A stretch of DNA of 64,000 bases from an uncultured Candidatus Saccharibacteria bacterium. GTDB lineage: Bacteria; Patescibacteriota; Minisyncoccia; Phycocordibacterales; UBA5272. The notes below the pieces were generated by a model. The model saw only the letters and a list, made by a program, of their open reading frames with translations, did no database searches and was not told the origin of the DNA. Shown piece by piece: positions 47,460 to 58,229 of the stretch; position 1 is the first letter of the stretch; every line of letters begins with the position of its first letter. The stretch lies in the NCBI GenBank assembly GCA_964510805.1, contig CAZEDG010000001.1, positions 48,227-112,226 on the forward strand. The letters are read 5' to 3'. A program made the translations under genes and the position numbers.

Positions 47460-48602
47460 ATGTCCATACGTAAGCATAGTAGTATTTTTGTGCTCATTTT
47501 TCTTTCACTAAGCACTTTTTCTTATGGTGCCTCTTTTGAAAAAGGTGCGTGGATTCCTTATTGGAAAAAGACTGAAGGTGCGAGTACAACGCTTCCTAAT
47601 CTTGATGTGCTTACACAAATAAGCCCCTTTGCATATGAATTACAAAACGATGGCACAATTAAGAACGCTCTTAAGATAGAAGAAGAGCCTTGGACTTCTC
47701 TCATCGCTGAAGCAAAGAAAAAGAAAGTAAAAGTCTATCCAAGCATTCTTTCATACCCAAACTCTTCTTCCGAGAAAAAAGCGGTATATACACTTCTCTC
47801 TAATAAAAAGAAACGACAAGCCCACGTAAAAGCAATTGTTGCACTTGTGAAGAAAAATAAATTTGATGGCATTGATATTGATTACGAAGCTAAGATTGCT
47901 GAAAGTAAGCCTTATTTTTCGGCGTTTCTTACAGAGCTTTCGACAGCGCTTCATAAAGAAAAGAAGCAACTTATTTGTACTATTGAGCCACGCACCCCGC
48001 CAGATAGTAGGTATGCCACCACTTCCAAAGAAGTGCTTTCAAAGGTTGAATATGCAAATGATTACAAAGTAATTGGTAAGGCATGTGACCAGGTGAGACT
48101 TATGGCGTATGATCAGATGACTGATGATGCGAAGCTTACTAATCAGTATAAAGATACAGGTACTCTCTATGCGCCGGTTGCTGATATCGAATGGGTAAAA
48201 AAAATTATTACGGTAGCGCTTTGGGATATCCCTGCAAAAAAAATTATCATTGGTGTACCAACCTACGGATACAAGTATGAGATCAAGACTTCCACGTCAA
48301 CAGGAGGGTATCTCTATAAAAAGATTGGTTCCATGAATTATAATTACTCAGTTGAGCTTGCTAAGAGTACAGGACAATCTCCTACACGTAATCAAGCAGG
48401 CGAACTTCATTTTGTCTATTCAACATCAACCGGAGTAAATGGTGAAGCGCTTGGTTCATATAAGCAATATCTTGTCTGGTATTCTGATGCGCAAGCAATT
48501 CTTGATAAGATAAAACTCGCAAAACTGTATAAGTTAGGCGGTGTTGTTGTTTTTAAGATAGATGGAGGAAATGACCCAAGAGTGTTCGAAGTTTTGAGAT
48601 AG
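47460..48602 (+). CDS. secreted glycoside hydrolase family 18 (chitinase-like) protein
   Basis: Signal peptide; DGIDIDYE catalytic motif (DxxDxDxE). Confidence 0.7.
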   Translation: MSIRKHSSIFVLIFLSLSTFSYGASFEKGAWIPYWKKTEGASTTLPNLDVLTQISPFAYELQNDGTIKNALKIEEEPWTSLIAEAKKKKVKVYPSILSYPNSSSEKKAVYTLLSNKKKRQAHVKAIVALVKKNKFDGIDIDYEAKIAESKPYFSAFLTELSTALHKEKKQLICTIEPRTPPDSRYATTSKEVLSKVEYANDYKVIGKACDQVRLMAYDQMTDDAKLTNQYKDTGTLYAPVADIEWVKKIITVALWDIPAKKIIIGVPTYGYKYEIKTSTSTGGYLYKKIGSMNYNYSVELAKSTGQSPTRNQAGELHFVYSTSTGVNGEALGSYKQYLVWYSDAQAILDKIKLAKLYKLGGVVVFKIDGGNDPRVFEVLR

Positions 48603-48665
48603 TATTAGTTTTGGTTTTGCCCTATCAACAAAGTAAGTGTATCTACATGAGGTATACTAGAGGTA

Positions 48666-49607
48666 ATGGAATTTACTATAAAATTAGACCGTTTTGAGGG
48701 GCCTTATACTAAACTTCTTGAACTTATTGAGGGGAAGAAGCTTTCTATCACCGAATTTTCTCTTGCACAGGTTGCTGATGAGTACATTCTGTATATTAAG
48801 AGTCTTCCAAAAAAAGATACGGTAGATATTTCTCAGTTTATTGTTGTTGCTTCCACGCTTATGCTGATGAAGGCAAAGTCTCTTTTGCCTGGTGTTGAGT
48901 ATACAGAAGAAGAAGAGAAGCAGATACACGATCTTGAATTTAAACTTGAGCTCTACAAATTACTTTCACAAGGTGTCGCTTTAATCAATAAAGAATATAA
49001 TAAAATGCCTTTGTATACGAGGTCATATGTGTTTCCTAAAGATGTGCATGTTTTTGTTCCAGATGAGAGAGTTACTCCTGTGTTTCTTCAGTCGATTATG
49101 TCGCTTACACTTCAGTCGTTTGTTGTCCCTAAAAGTCTAGTAAAAGTAGATGTTGAACAAGCGCTCCGTATTGAAAATGTGATCGAAAACCTTCTTGAAC
49201 GTATCCAGAAGGTTGATGTTGTAAAACTTTCCACGCTCGCAGGTGACGGCAAGACAAAAGAAGAACAGAAAAAAATTCTCATTGTCTCTTTTATTGCACT
49301 TCTCGAACTTGTGAAGTCAGGAAGGGTTGATGCTCATCAAGATGCATCCGGTGATGTTACGATTACCTCTTCTTCTCAAGAAAATGTTTCTCCTAATAAA
49401 GAAGAAGACGCACAACACGAAGAAGAGAATATAAAAGAAAGCGCTCCTTCTTTGGTGGTTTCTACACCAGAAGCAAGTCCTTTACCTGCCCCTCCAAGCT
49501 CTACACAAGGAGAAGAAAAAGAGAAGGTGACAAAAGAAGAATCACAAGAATTGCAAGGAGTAGAGACTGCCCCTCTTTCTACCCAAGGTCTATCAACTAC
49601 CTCATGA
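48666..49607 (+). CDS. scpA: segregation and condensation protein A
   Basis: N-terminal ScpA similarity; low-complexity acidic/S/T C-terminal tail. Confidence 0.7.
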   Translation: MEFTIKLDRFEGPYTKLLELIEGKKLSITEFSLAQVADEYILYIKSLPKKDTVDISQFIVVASTLMLMKAKSLLPGVEYTEEEEKQIHDLEFKLELYKLLSQGVALINKEYNKMPLYTRSYVFPKDVHVFVPDERVTPVFLQSIMSLTLQSFVVPKSLVKVDVEQALRIENVIENLLERIQKVDVVKLSTLAGDGKTKEEQKKILIVSFIALLELVKSGRVDAHQDASGDVTITSSSQENVSPNKEEDAQHEEENIKESAPSLVVSTPEASPLPAPPSSTQGEEKEKVTKEESQELQGVETAPLSTQGLSTTS

Positions 49608-49629
49608 TACACTAAGAACATATATATAT

Positions 49630-50136
49630 ATGCTCGAAAAAGTTATTACACTACTATTTCTTTCAGGAGATCCTGTTCCTCTCAAGAAGTTGGCGGATTT
49701 TCTTGGTATTCAAAAAGAAGAAATTGTTCAGAACCTTCCCTTTGTTACTTCTGAGTTAGAAAAGATAGGGCTTACCCTCATGGTGAGCAATGACGGTGTT
49801 GCAATCACAACTAAACAAGAACAGGCAAGTTTAGTTTCTTCATGGACTAAGCTTGATTTAGAGGGGGAGCTTACACCTGCTTCTCTTCAAGTGCTTGCAC
49901 TTGTTGCATATCTTGGCTACCCTACAAGAGAACAAATTTCGTATATACGTGGCGTACAGTCTTCTCAGTCAATACGCACCCTTGCTGTCAGAGGGCTTAT
50001 CACGCGAGTAGGAGAAGTGTGTTCGCTTACAAGTGAAGCACTCAAGCATCTTGGTGTTACAAAAATTGAAGAATTACCAGAATATCAGAAGATGCACACA
50101 GAACTTCTTGCTAAGTTACAAGAGAGGACGCTCTAG
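49630..50136 (+). CDS. scpB: segregation and condensation protein B
   Basis: Tandem winged-helix domains; follows scpA. Confidence 0.8.
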   Translation: MLEKVITLLFLSGDPVPLKKLADFLGIQKEEIVQNLPFVTSELEKIGLTLMVSNDGVAITTKQEQASLVSSWTKLDLEGELTPASLQVLALVAYLGYPTREQISYIRGVQSSQSIRTLAVRGLITRVGEVCSLTSEALKHLGVTKIEELPEYQKMHTELLAKLQERTL

Positions 50137-51086
50137 TGTCTATTATTTTTTTGTGTATGAACCACTATCATCCAAAACATGAGCGCGTGACCTATATTGC
50201 CTTATTCGGTTCACTTATTTTTTCTTCGGTGGTGATTGTTCTGTGCTCGGTCCTTCTTACAATCCTTTACGGTTATCCTGTTATCTCTCAAAAACCTTCA
50301 CAACATCAAAAAGATTCTTCTCTTACGTTTACCACAACTGCTTTTGAACAAGTGCCTGTCTCTGCAAAGGCTTATGTGGTATATGATCTTCTTACCGGAA
50401 CAGTAATTGCTTCTTCTCATGCAACAGACACTCTCCCTCTTGCAAGTATTACTAAGGTGATGACAGCAGTGACCGCAGTAAGACATAAAGATGCCTTTCC
50501 ATCTGTAGTTATTACTCCAGATGCAATTGAAGGCGGGTATGATCTTGGTTTAAAAAAAGGACAAGTATGGAACCTTGATGAACTTCTTAAATATACACTT
50601 GTTTTTTCTTCCAATGATGGAGCTCATGCTGTTGCAAAAAATTATAAAGGGAGTTCTTTTGTTGACGTTATGAACACCGAAGCAAAGAATCTTAAGCTTG
50701 GGCTTACTTTTACAGACCCTGCAGGTCTTGATGAACATGGAAAGATTGGAGGACTTGGTTCGGCACTTGATGTTGCTAAGCTTTTTGGGGTTGCGCTTCA
50801 AGAAATTCCTGACATATTAGATGCCACAACAAAGAAACGCCAAAACTTTACTGTTAATAAGACAAGGATTGTGGGTATTCCAAATACTAATCAAGAGATA
50901 GAATTATATCCAGGTGCTGAAGGCTCGAAGACAGGGTTTACTGATCTTGCAGGAGGAAATCTCGGTGTTGTGGTAGATGTAACACTTGGAAGACCTGTGG
51001 TAATAGTGGTCCTTGGTTCTACAAGGGAAGGGAGGTTTAGGGATGTACAGGCACTTTACACAGCCCTTATTAAAAGTGTCCAGTAA
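50136..51086 (+). CDS. dacA: D-alanyl-D-alanine carboxypeptidase (S11, PBP5/6-like)
   Basis: SITK (SxxK), SSND (SxN), KTGFT (KTG). Confidence 0.75.
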   Translation: MSIIFLCMNHYHPKHERVTYIALFGSLIFSSVVIVLCSVLLTILYGYPVISQKPSQHQKDSSLTFTTTAFEQVPVSAKAYVVYDLLTGTVIASSHATDTLPLASITKVMTAVTAVRHKDAFPSVVITPDAIEGGYDLGLKKGQVWNLDELLKYTLVFSSNDGAHAVAKNYKGSSFVDVMNTEAKNLKLGLTFTDPAGLDEHGKIGGLGSALDVAKLFGVALQEIPDILDATTKKRQNFTVNKTRIVGIPNTNQEIELYPGAEGSKTGFTDLAGGNLGVVVDVTLGRPVVIVVLGSTREGRFRDVQALYTALIKSVQ

Positions 51087-51116
51087 GCCATTCTTTTATG
51101 CTATAATAGCGATTGT

Positions 51117-52190
51117 ATGTCTATGCTTTCTCTTGACCCAATTAAAGTACTTTTTCCTGCAATTATTTCGTTTCTTTTTGGTATTCTTGTGGCACCAACA
51201 GTGATACGTGTGCTTGAGCATTTTAAGGTTTGGAAAAAGAAAAGTGTCAGTAAGACAATCGATGGTAAGGAAGCGTCTATTACTGCAACGCTTCATAATG
51301 ATGAGGAGCGACATCTTCTCCGTATGGGGGGTATTGTTGTATGGCTTTCTGTTTTTGTAACAGCAATTGTCGTGTGGCTTCTCTCTAAGTTACATCCGAC
51401 GCTTCTTACTGAGAAACTTGATTTTATTTCTCGTAAGCAGACATGGCTACCACTTATGGGTATGCTAGTAGGAGCATGTGTTGGTGGTCTTGATGATCTT
51501 CTTGTGTCTCGTGTATTCAAACAAGTAGGGAGTTACGTAGGAGGAGGTCTTTCCTTTCCTGTGCGACTCTTCGCGGTTTCTTCTATGGGGCTTTTTGCAG
51601 GGCTTTGGTTTTATACTAAGCTAGGAGTATCCTCGGTGTATGTTCCTTTTTATGGAGACTTACATTTAAGCGGGCTTATTTTTATCCTCTTTTTTGTTAT
51701 TGTTACTGTTGCGCTTTTTTCAACAAGTGTTATTGACGGTATTGACGGTCTTTCTGGTGGTATTTTTTCTGCTATCTTTTCTGCATATGGTGCGATCGCG
51801 TTTACACAACATCAGATTGATATTTCAGCGCTGTGTTTTGTCATCGCGGGAGCAATTATGGCATTCTTGTGGTTTAATATTCCACCAGCTTCTTTTATGA
51901 TGGGTGAGACAGGGATTATGGCAATACTGCTTGCACTTTCTGTCATTGTGTTTCTCACTAATGCGGTACTGTACTTACTTGTTATCGCTTTTCCTCTCAT
52001 TGTTACAACGTCCTCAGTAATACTTCAACTCTTTTGGAAGAAATTTTTTAAGAAGAAACTATTTTTGGTTGCACCACTTCATCACCACTTTGAGGCTAAG
52101 GGTTGGCCTAGATATCGCATTGTAATGAGATATTGGGTTGTGTCATATATGTGTGCTATTCTTGGTGTCGTCTTAACGCTTATAAGCTAA
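51117..52190 (+). CDS. mraY: phospho-N-acetylmuramoyl-pentapeptide transferase MraY
   Basis: GGLDDLL, IDGIDGLSGG, PLHHHFE motifs. Confidence 0.8.
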   Translation: MSMLSLDPIKVLFPAIISFLFGILVAPTVIRVLEHFKVWKKKSVSKTIDGKEASITATLHNDEERHLLRMGGIVVWLSVFVTAIVVWLLSKLHPTLLTEKLDFISRKQTWLPLMGMLVGACVGGLDDLLVSRVFKQVGSYVGGGLSFPVRLFAVSSMGLFAGLWFYTKLGVSSVYVPFYGDLHLSGLIFILFFVIVTVALFSTSVIDGIDGLSGGIFSAIFSAYGAIAFTQHQIDISALCFVIAGAIMAFLWFNIPPASFMMGETGIMAILLALSVIVFLTNAVLYLLVIAFPLIVTTSSVILQLFWKKFFKKKLFLVAPLHHHFEAKGWPRYRIVMRYWVVSYMCAILGVVLTLIS

Positions 52191-52195
52191 CGAAT

Positions 52196-53299
52196 ATGCT
52201 AGGCAAGGTCGACAAACCTCTTCTTTTTACGATACTTATTTTGTTATTAAGCGGTCTTGTACTCTTCGGGTCTGCTGCACTTGGAGTGCTTGCAAGTAAT
52301 GAAATCAAGTTCTTTTCAGTGATTAAGAACCAGCTCGTATTTGCTCTTTTTGGAGGAAGCATTGCTCTTTATGTGGGAATGAGTATCCCTTATCGTCTCT
52401 ATGAGAGGTTTGCATACGTGCTTTTTTTCTTTGGATTACTTGTTACCGCGCTTGTGTTTGTACCTGGTCTTTCTCGATACCATGGAGGTGCACACAGGTG
52501 GATTGATATAGGGCCACTCTCTGCACAACCAAGTGAACTTCTTAAATTTGCTCTCATTGCAATCGTTGCATACTGGTGTACAAAGTATCGAAGCGCTTTT
52601 AAAGATTGGAGGTACGGATTTCTTCCATACCTTATTGGTATTGCGTTGGTAAGTGCACTTCTTCTTGCTCAGCCAGATTTTGGAACATACCTTGTCATGA
52701 TTGCTTCTTCTTTTATTACGTATTTTGTCGGTGGTGCAAGAAAAAAACATATACAGTGGCTTTTTTTCTGTGGACTTTTTGGATTTATGTTATTGCTCGT
52801 TGTGAGACCGTACATGCTCGAGCGAGTTAAAACATTTTTTAATAATAGTCACGACCCGAGAGGTTCTTCTTGGCAACTTAATCAGTCCCTTATTGCTCTT
52901 GGAGGAGGAGGGTTAACTGGAAGAGGTCTTGGGCAGAGTGTGCAGAAGTTCAACTATCTTCCTGAACCGATCGGGGACTCTATTTTTGCAGTTCTTGGAG
53001 AGGAGATTGGGTTCATGGGAAGTGTGTATCTTATTATGCTTTATGCTATAGTAAGTATGCGGGGGTATGGGATTGCTAAGCGTTCTTCTACTCAATTTGG
53101 GCGTCTGCTTGCCACTGGATTAACTTCTATTATTCTTGTGCAAGCAACACTTAATATCGGTTCAATGCTTGGACTTTTGCCACTTACCGGGGTACCGCTT
53201 CCTCTTGTTTCTCATGGTGGAACGGCGCTTATGGTAGCACTCTTTGAGCTTGGGGTACTTCTTAATATTTCAAAATCAAATCACGAACAGTATCTATGA
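52196..53299 (+). CDS. ftsW: SEDS-family peptidoglycan glycosyltransferase FtsW/RodA
   Basis: Ten-TM SEDS topology; synteny mraY-ftsW-murG. Confidence 0.8.
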   Translation: MLGKVDKPLLFTILILLLSGLVLFGSAALGVLASNEIKFFSVIKNQLVFALFGGSIALYVGMSIPYRLYERFAYVLFFFGLLVTALVFVPGLSRYHGGAHRWIDIGPLSAQPSELLKFALIAIVAYWCTKYRSAFKDWRYGFLPYLIGIALVSALLLAQPDFGTYLVMIASSFITYFVGGARKKHIQWLFFCGLFGFMLLLVVRPYMLERVKTFFNNSHDPRGSSWQLNQSLIALGGGGLTGRGLGQSVQKFNYLPEPIGDSIFAVLGEEIGFMGSVYLIMLYAIVSMRGYGIAKRSSTQFGRLLATGLTSIILVQATLNIGSMLGLLPLTGVPLPLVSHGGTALMVALFELGVLLNISKSNHEQYL

Positions 53300-54402
53300 A
53301 AATTGCACTTACAGGAGCAGGGGGAGGACATTTTTATCCGCTTATTGCGGTGGCTGAACGTGTTCAAAAAGAAGCATTTGCTCAGAACCTAGAACAGCCG
53401 GAAATTTTCTTTTTTTCTGACAAGCCATACGATGAGCAAGCGCTCTATTCAATATCTTGTAAGTTTATCGAAATACCAGCAGGAAAGCTCCGTGTTTATT
53501 TTTCTCTTCAGAATATAGCAGATCTTTTTAAGACAGCGTATGGGTGTCTTGTGGCACTTGTTAAGATGTATTCTATTTATCCTGATGTTCTTTTTGCAAA
53601 AGGTGGTTATGCGAGTTTCCCTGTGCTTGTCTCTGCGCGCATTCTCTCGATTCCTGTTGTAGTCCACGAAAGTGACACTGTTCCGGGAAGGACAACTAAG
53701 TGGGCAGGAGGATTCGCTACCCGTGTCGCTGTTTCGTATCAAGAAGCTTCTCGTTTTTATCCAAAAGAAATTGTTGCTTTAACAGGGCAACCTATTCGTG
53801 ATGTTGTGCTACCTCCTCATGATTTTACTAAGACGTATACAAAAAAAGACCGCCCTACTATCTTAGTCCTCGGGGGTTCACAAGGGAGTCAGACAATTAA
53901 CAATGCCTTTCTCAAAATTCTCCCGGCACTTCTTTCTACTTATGATATTGTGCATCAAGCAGGTAAAGATAATCTTGATGAGGTAAAAAAAGTAACAGAA
54001 GAGCTTCTCAAGGATCATCCATATAAAGATCATTACTATGTAGAAGGATTTATTGATGTCGCACTTCTCTATCCAAAAATCGATATTGTGATTACACGCG
54101 CAGGGTCTTCCATGTTCGAGATGATTCTTTGGAGAATTCCTATAATTGCTATCCCTATTCCCGAAACAATCAGTAGAGATCAGCGAACAAATGCATATAC
54201 AATAGCATCTCGTGGTCTTGCAACGGTGATTGAAGAAAATAATTTAACCCCAAACATCTTAACTCAGGCGATTACACGTATCTTGGAAAATCCTGATATT
54301 TATAATAGTATGATAAAAAAGGCTGAAGAATTCGAATATGTAAGAAACTCCGCTACTGTAATAGCTCGCGAACTCATCAAGATTTCCTTAAGTCATAAGT
54401 AA
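53296..54402 (+). CDS. murG: undecaprenyldiphospho-muramoylpentapeptide beta-N-acetylglucosaminyltransferase MurG
   Basis: TGAGGGHFYP and GGSQGS motifs. Confidence 0.85.
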   Translation: MKIALTGAGGGHFYPLIAVAERVQKEAFAQNLEQPEIFFFSDKPYDEQALYSISCKFIEIPAGKLRVYFSLQNIADLFKTAYGCLVALVKMYSIYPDVLFAKGGYASFPVLVSARILSIPVVVHESDTVPGRTTKWAGGFATRVAVSYQEASRFYPKEIVALTGQPIRDVVLPPHDFTKTYTKKDRPTILVLGGSQGSQTINNAFLKILPALLSTYDIVHQAGKDNLDEVKKVTEELLKDHPYKDHYYVEGFIDVALLYPKIDIVITRAGSSMFEMILWRIPIIAIPIPETISRDQRTNAYTIASRGLATVIEENNLTPNILTQAITRILENPDIYNSMIKKAEEFEYVRNSATVIARELIKISLSHK

Positions 54403-54412
54403 TACACATATC

Positions 54413-55855
54413 ATGTCATCAGATTTTTCAAAAAAAGTAGTTACACGTTTTGCCCCTTCACCAACAGGGTTTATGCATGTAGGTGGTGCACGAACTGCTA
54501 TTTACGCTTGGGCGTATGCTAAGAAGCATGGAGGTACGTTTATTCTCCGCATTGAAGATACCGATAAAGAAAGACAAGTAGACGGCTCAATTGAGCATAT
54601 TGTCGAGACACTGAAGTGGCTTGGTATTACTTGGGATGAAGGTGTAGAGAAAGGTGGTCCTCATGCTCCTTATCTTCAATCAGAGCGTTTAGATACTTAC
54701 AGAGAGTATGCACTTAAACTTATAGAAAAAGGATACGCGTACCCTGATCCATATTCTCTCCAAGAAATTGATGCTCTTAGAAAAAAAGCAGAAGAAGAGA
54801 AAAGAGTTTTTTTGTATCGTGATCATCGACCAGAAAAAGTAGGGGAGTGGGACGACAAGACAACACTTCGTTTTAAGGTTCCAACAGTAAAAAGTTTTAC
54901 TTGGGAAGACGCAGTGCGAGGAACACTTTCTGCAGGAGAAGAAGCGCTTGATGATTTTATCCTTATCAAAAGTGACGGATATCCTACCTATAACTTTGCA
55001 CACATCATTGACGACCTTCTTATGGGGGTTACTCATATTATGAGAGCTGACGAGTTTATTGCGTCTACTCCTAAGTTTTTGTCTTTATATGAAGCTCTTG
55101 AAATTACTCCACCGGTATTTGTAACACTTCCTCCTATTCTTGGTCCTGATGGTCACAAAAAATTAAGTAAGCGTGATGGTGCAAAAGATATCCTTGAATA
55201 CAAAAAAGAAGGATATCTTCCTGATGCTATTGTTAACTTCCTTGCGTTTCTTGGATGGAACCCAGGAGGGGAGAAGGAGGTCATGACAAAAGAAGAACTT
55301 ATTAACGCCTTTAGTATCGAACGTATTCACACAGGTGGCGCAAAGTTAAATGATGAGAAGCTTACCTGGTTTAACAAAGAACATATTAAGCTTCTTTCGC
55401 AAGAAACGCAATTAGCGTATGTTAAGGAATACCTTCCTCTCTATGAAGAGTCTTTTCTTAAGAAGCTTCTTCCTACTATTGTCGACCGAATTGCTTATTT
55501 TGGAGAGCTTGTAGAGATAGAAAAAACAGAACTCCACTTCTTCCTACAAGCGCCGATATTTAATGTAGAATCTACACAAAAAGTGATATGGAAAAATGGC
55601 ACAAAAGAAGAAACAGTAAAGCACCTCACATACCTCAAAGAAATTGTCTTGTCTAAGGAATTTTCTACGGTAGAAGAAGTAAAAGAATTACTTATGCCAT
55701 ATGCAGAATTACATGGTAAAGGTAATGTCTTGTGGCCACTTCGTATGACACTTTCAGGGCAAGAAAAATCTATTGATCCTTTTACTATTCTTTTTGTGTT
55801 AGGTGGTAATGAAACAGCAAAGAGAATTGATCACGTGCTTCAATTTTTGGTATAA
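54413..55855 (+). CDS. gltX: glutamyl-tRNA synthetase
   Basis: PSPTGFMHVGG (HIGH) and KLSKR (KMSKS). Confidence 0.9.
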   Translation: MSSDFSKKVVTRFAPSPTGFMHVGGARTAIYAWAYAKKHGGTFILRIEDTDKERQVDGSIEHIVETLKWLGITWDEGVEKGGPHAPYLQSERLDTYREYALKLIEKGYAYPDPYSLQEIDALRKKAEEEKRVFLYRDHRPEKVGEWDDKTTLRFKVPTVKSFTWEDAVRGTLSAGEEALDDFILIKSDGYPTYNFAHIIDDLLMGVTHIMRADEFIASTPKFLSLYEALEITPPVFVTLPPILGPDGHKKLSKRDGAKDILEYKKEGYLPDAIVNFLAFLGWNPGGEKEVMTKEELINAFSIERIHTGGAKLNDEKLTWFNKEHIKLLSQETQLAYVKEYLPLYEESFLKKLLPTIVDRIAYFGELVEIEKTELHFFLQAPIFNVESTQKVIWKNGTKEETVKHLTYLKEIVLSKEFSTVEEVKELLMPYAELHGKGNVLWPLRMTLSGQEKSIDPFTILFVLGGNETAKRIDHVLQFLV

Positions 55856-55875
55856 CCACATACGTACTATATTCC

Positions 55876-57183
55876 ATGAACCGCTCTTTGTATATTCTTA
55901 TCATATGTCTTGTCTACACCATCTACCATGGTCCATTAGAGCGTGTTGTTGCACAAGAGGCAACACAGAACATGGAGCAGACCGCTGATCAATTAAAAGG
56001 TAATCTTGATCAGCTTTCTAAACAGATCAAAGATCTTGATGCTGAGATTAAGGCCTATACTACAAAGATCAGTAAGACTCAAGGAGAAGCTAAGACTCTC
56101 AAGCAAGCACTTGCAAAGCTAGAAGAAAGGAGAAAAGGTCTTGCAAAAGATATTGCGTATACAAAACTTCGAATTACAAAAGCAGAAGAAAATATTTCTT
56201 TCACAAAAACAAAAATTAAGAATACAGAAGATATTCTTGAGAGAACAAGAGCATCTCTTTCTGAATCCCTTCGTGTTCTTGTTCGTAACGAAAGCACACT
56301 TCCGCGCTTCATTGATGCGCTTGGAAATGGAGCTCACATCTCTGATTCTTTAGATACCGCAAAGAGAACTACTGATATTACTCAAGCAATTAACGAACGA
56401 GCGAGAGCTCTTGTTGATGTAAAGACATCACTCGCTATCCAAAAAGCATCGTATGAGCAGAATAAAAATACACTCCTTGATCTTAACGAAACACTTACCG
56501 AGCAAAAACATTTGGTAGAAGAAACTTCTAAGGATAAGAGCAGTCTCTTACAACAAACTCAAAGCAAAGAATCTGCATATCAGAAATTAGTTGCCGAACG
56601 TAAGAAGAAGAAAGGTGATCTTGAAGCTGAAATGTCTGACATCGAAGCAAAACTAAAAACAATTGTTGATGTGAGCAAGCTTCCTAAATATGGATCAGGG
56701 GTTCTTAAGTATCCGCTTACGAATCCAATCATTACGCAGTATTTTGGTAATACTCCTTTTGCTAGTCAAAATCCACAAGTGTATAACGGTTCTGGACATA
56801 ACGGTATTGATTTTGGTACTCGTGTAGGAACGCCGATTCTCTCAGCGCTAGAAGGAACGGTTCTTGGAACAGGTAATACCGATGCTTCATGTTCTGGAGT
56901 TTCTTATGGTAAATGGGTGCTTATAAAACACCCAAATGGTCTCACATCTCTTTATGCGCACCTTTCTTCTATTCTTGTCAAAGAAGGAGATAGAGTTGCC
57001 ACATCACAAAAGATTGGTCTCTCAGGTAATACAGGGTACAGTACCGGCCCTCATCTTCATTTTACAGTGTATGCATCGGACGTTGTTCAGATTACAAGTT
57101 ATCGAAGTAAGGTATGCGGTACTAATATGACTATGCCAGTTGCTCCTCGTGCAGGATATCTTAACCCGCTTACCTACTTGTAG
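55876..57183 (+). CDS. M23 (LytM) peptidase with N-terminal coiled coil, EnvC-like
   Basis: Signal/TM, long coiled coil, GHNGIDFG...HLHFTV M23 motifs. Confidence 0.8.
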   Translation: MNRSLYILIICLVYTIYHGPLERVVAQEATQNMEQTADQLKGNLDQLSKQIKDLDAEIKAYTTKISKTQGEAKTLKQALAKLEERRKGLAKDIAYTKLRITKAEENISFTKTKIKNTEDILERTRASLSESLRVLVRNESTLPRFIDALGNGAHISDSLDTAKRTTDITQAINERARALVDVKTSLAIQKASYEQNKNTLLDLNETLTEQKHLVEETSKDKSSLLQQTQSKESAYQKLVAERKKKKGDLEAEMSDIEAKLKTIVDVSKLPKYGSGVLKYPLTNPIITQYFGNTPFASQNPQVYNGSGHNGIDFGTRVGTPILSALEGTVLGTGNTDASCSGVSYGKWVLIKHPNGLTSLYAHLSSILVKEGDRVATSQKIGLSGNTGYSTGPHLHFTVYASDVVQITSYRSKVCGTNMTMPVAPRAGYLNPLTYL

Positions 57184-57213
57184 AACTCTCTAGAACTTTT
57201 TATACTAAGTAGT

Positions 57214-57321
57214 ATGATTACCTTAACAACACCAGCAACAATTCTCTGCTTTCTTATCGCGTTTATAATAGGGGGCTTAGTAGGGGGTATAGGGGCTTGG
57301 AAGCTTGTTGAAGCTAAATAA
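57214..57321 (+). CDS. 35-aa single-TM hydrophobic peptide
   Basis: MITLTTPATILCFLIAFIIGGLVGGIGAWKLVEAK; TATACT -10 upstream; paralogous to the next ORF. Confidence 0.3.
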   Translation: MITLTTPATILCFLIAFIIGGLVGGIGAWKLVEAK

Positions 57322-57327
57322 ATCGCC

Positions 57328-57429
57328 ATGCTTACTTTTACCATACCCGCATTCATACTTTTCTTAGTAACTTTTTTTTGTGGAGGTATTATTTTTGGTG
57401 TATGGATACTTCTCTATAAAATTAAATAA
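57328..57429 (+). CDS. 33-aa single-TM hydrophobic peptide, tandem paralog
   Basis: MLTFTIPAFILFLVTFFCGGIIFGVWILLYKIK; begins 6 nt after the previous stop. Confidence 0.3.
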   Translation: MLTFTIPAFILFLVTFFCGGIIFGVWILLYKIK

Positions 57430-58229
57430 AGTAGTTAGGATTTTTTGAATTAAAAAGAATCAGAAGAGATAGAATAATACTCAGTACTTAAGTTGTTGTG
57501 GGCATAGAGCGGAAAAGCTAGGTAAAGGCTTCTTTTGTGGATATAATGTCGTAAAAGATATATTGTGCGACATTAGCTATATATAAAACCCCTGCCAAAA
57601 ATATAAGAAAAACCATACAAAATAAAGGAGTTATGTTTTGTCTCTTACCTTAACATTTTGTTATTTTTTCACACCAGCACACTACCCTGCTGTTCATTAC
57701 TTTTTTAGCATACTTCTTTTTAGTATTGTTTAAATGAATTTGGATTACCTACTACCAGATCCTTCAAGCTGTTCATCGTGGCCCGCCCTTGATTCTGTGA
57801 CCCTAAGGATGCTACATATTCAAGAATAGAGTCATAGGATACTATACCCTTAGTGGCGTATGAGGCTTTTTAGGTTAGATTAAGTATATATAGGCTTCTC
57901 TACTTGATACATTCTATGAACACCAAAGATCCTTATAAGGCTTCATTGTATATAGTTTACCCTCCGTTAACTTCCTCATTCTTTATTAGAAAATTTTATT
58001 CGTGTATGTTTTTTTGTTTAAAGGTTTATAGAATATTATTTTCATTGTATGAACCTTCAGCTCACTTTCTGGGTGTTGGACAATTAAGACCTTTTACCTC
58101 TAAGTTATGTATAAGACAAAACCTACTACAAACTATTAGATAAAACACAATAGTTTATTTTATATTATAAAATAAAGAAAATAGTTGAGATTGCTCTAGA
58201 TCTTGATTTTTATTGCTTAAGGTTCTTGC

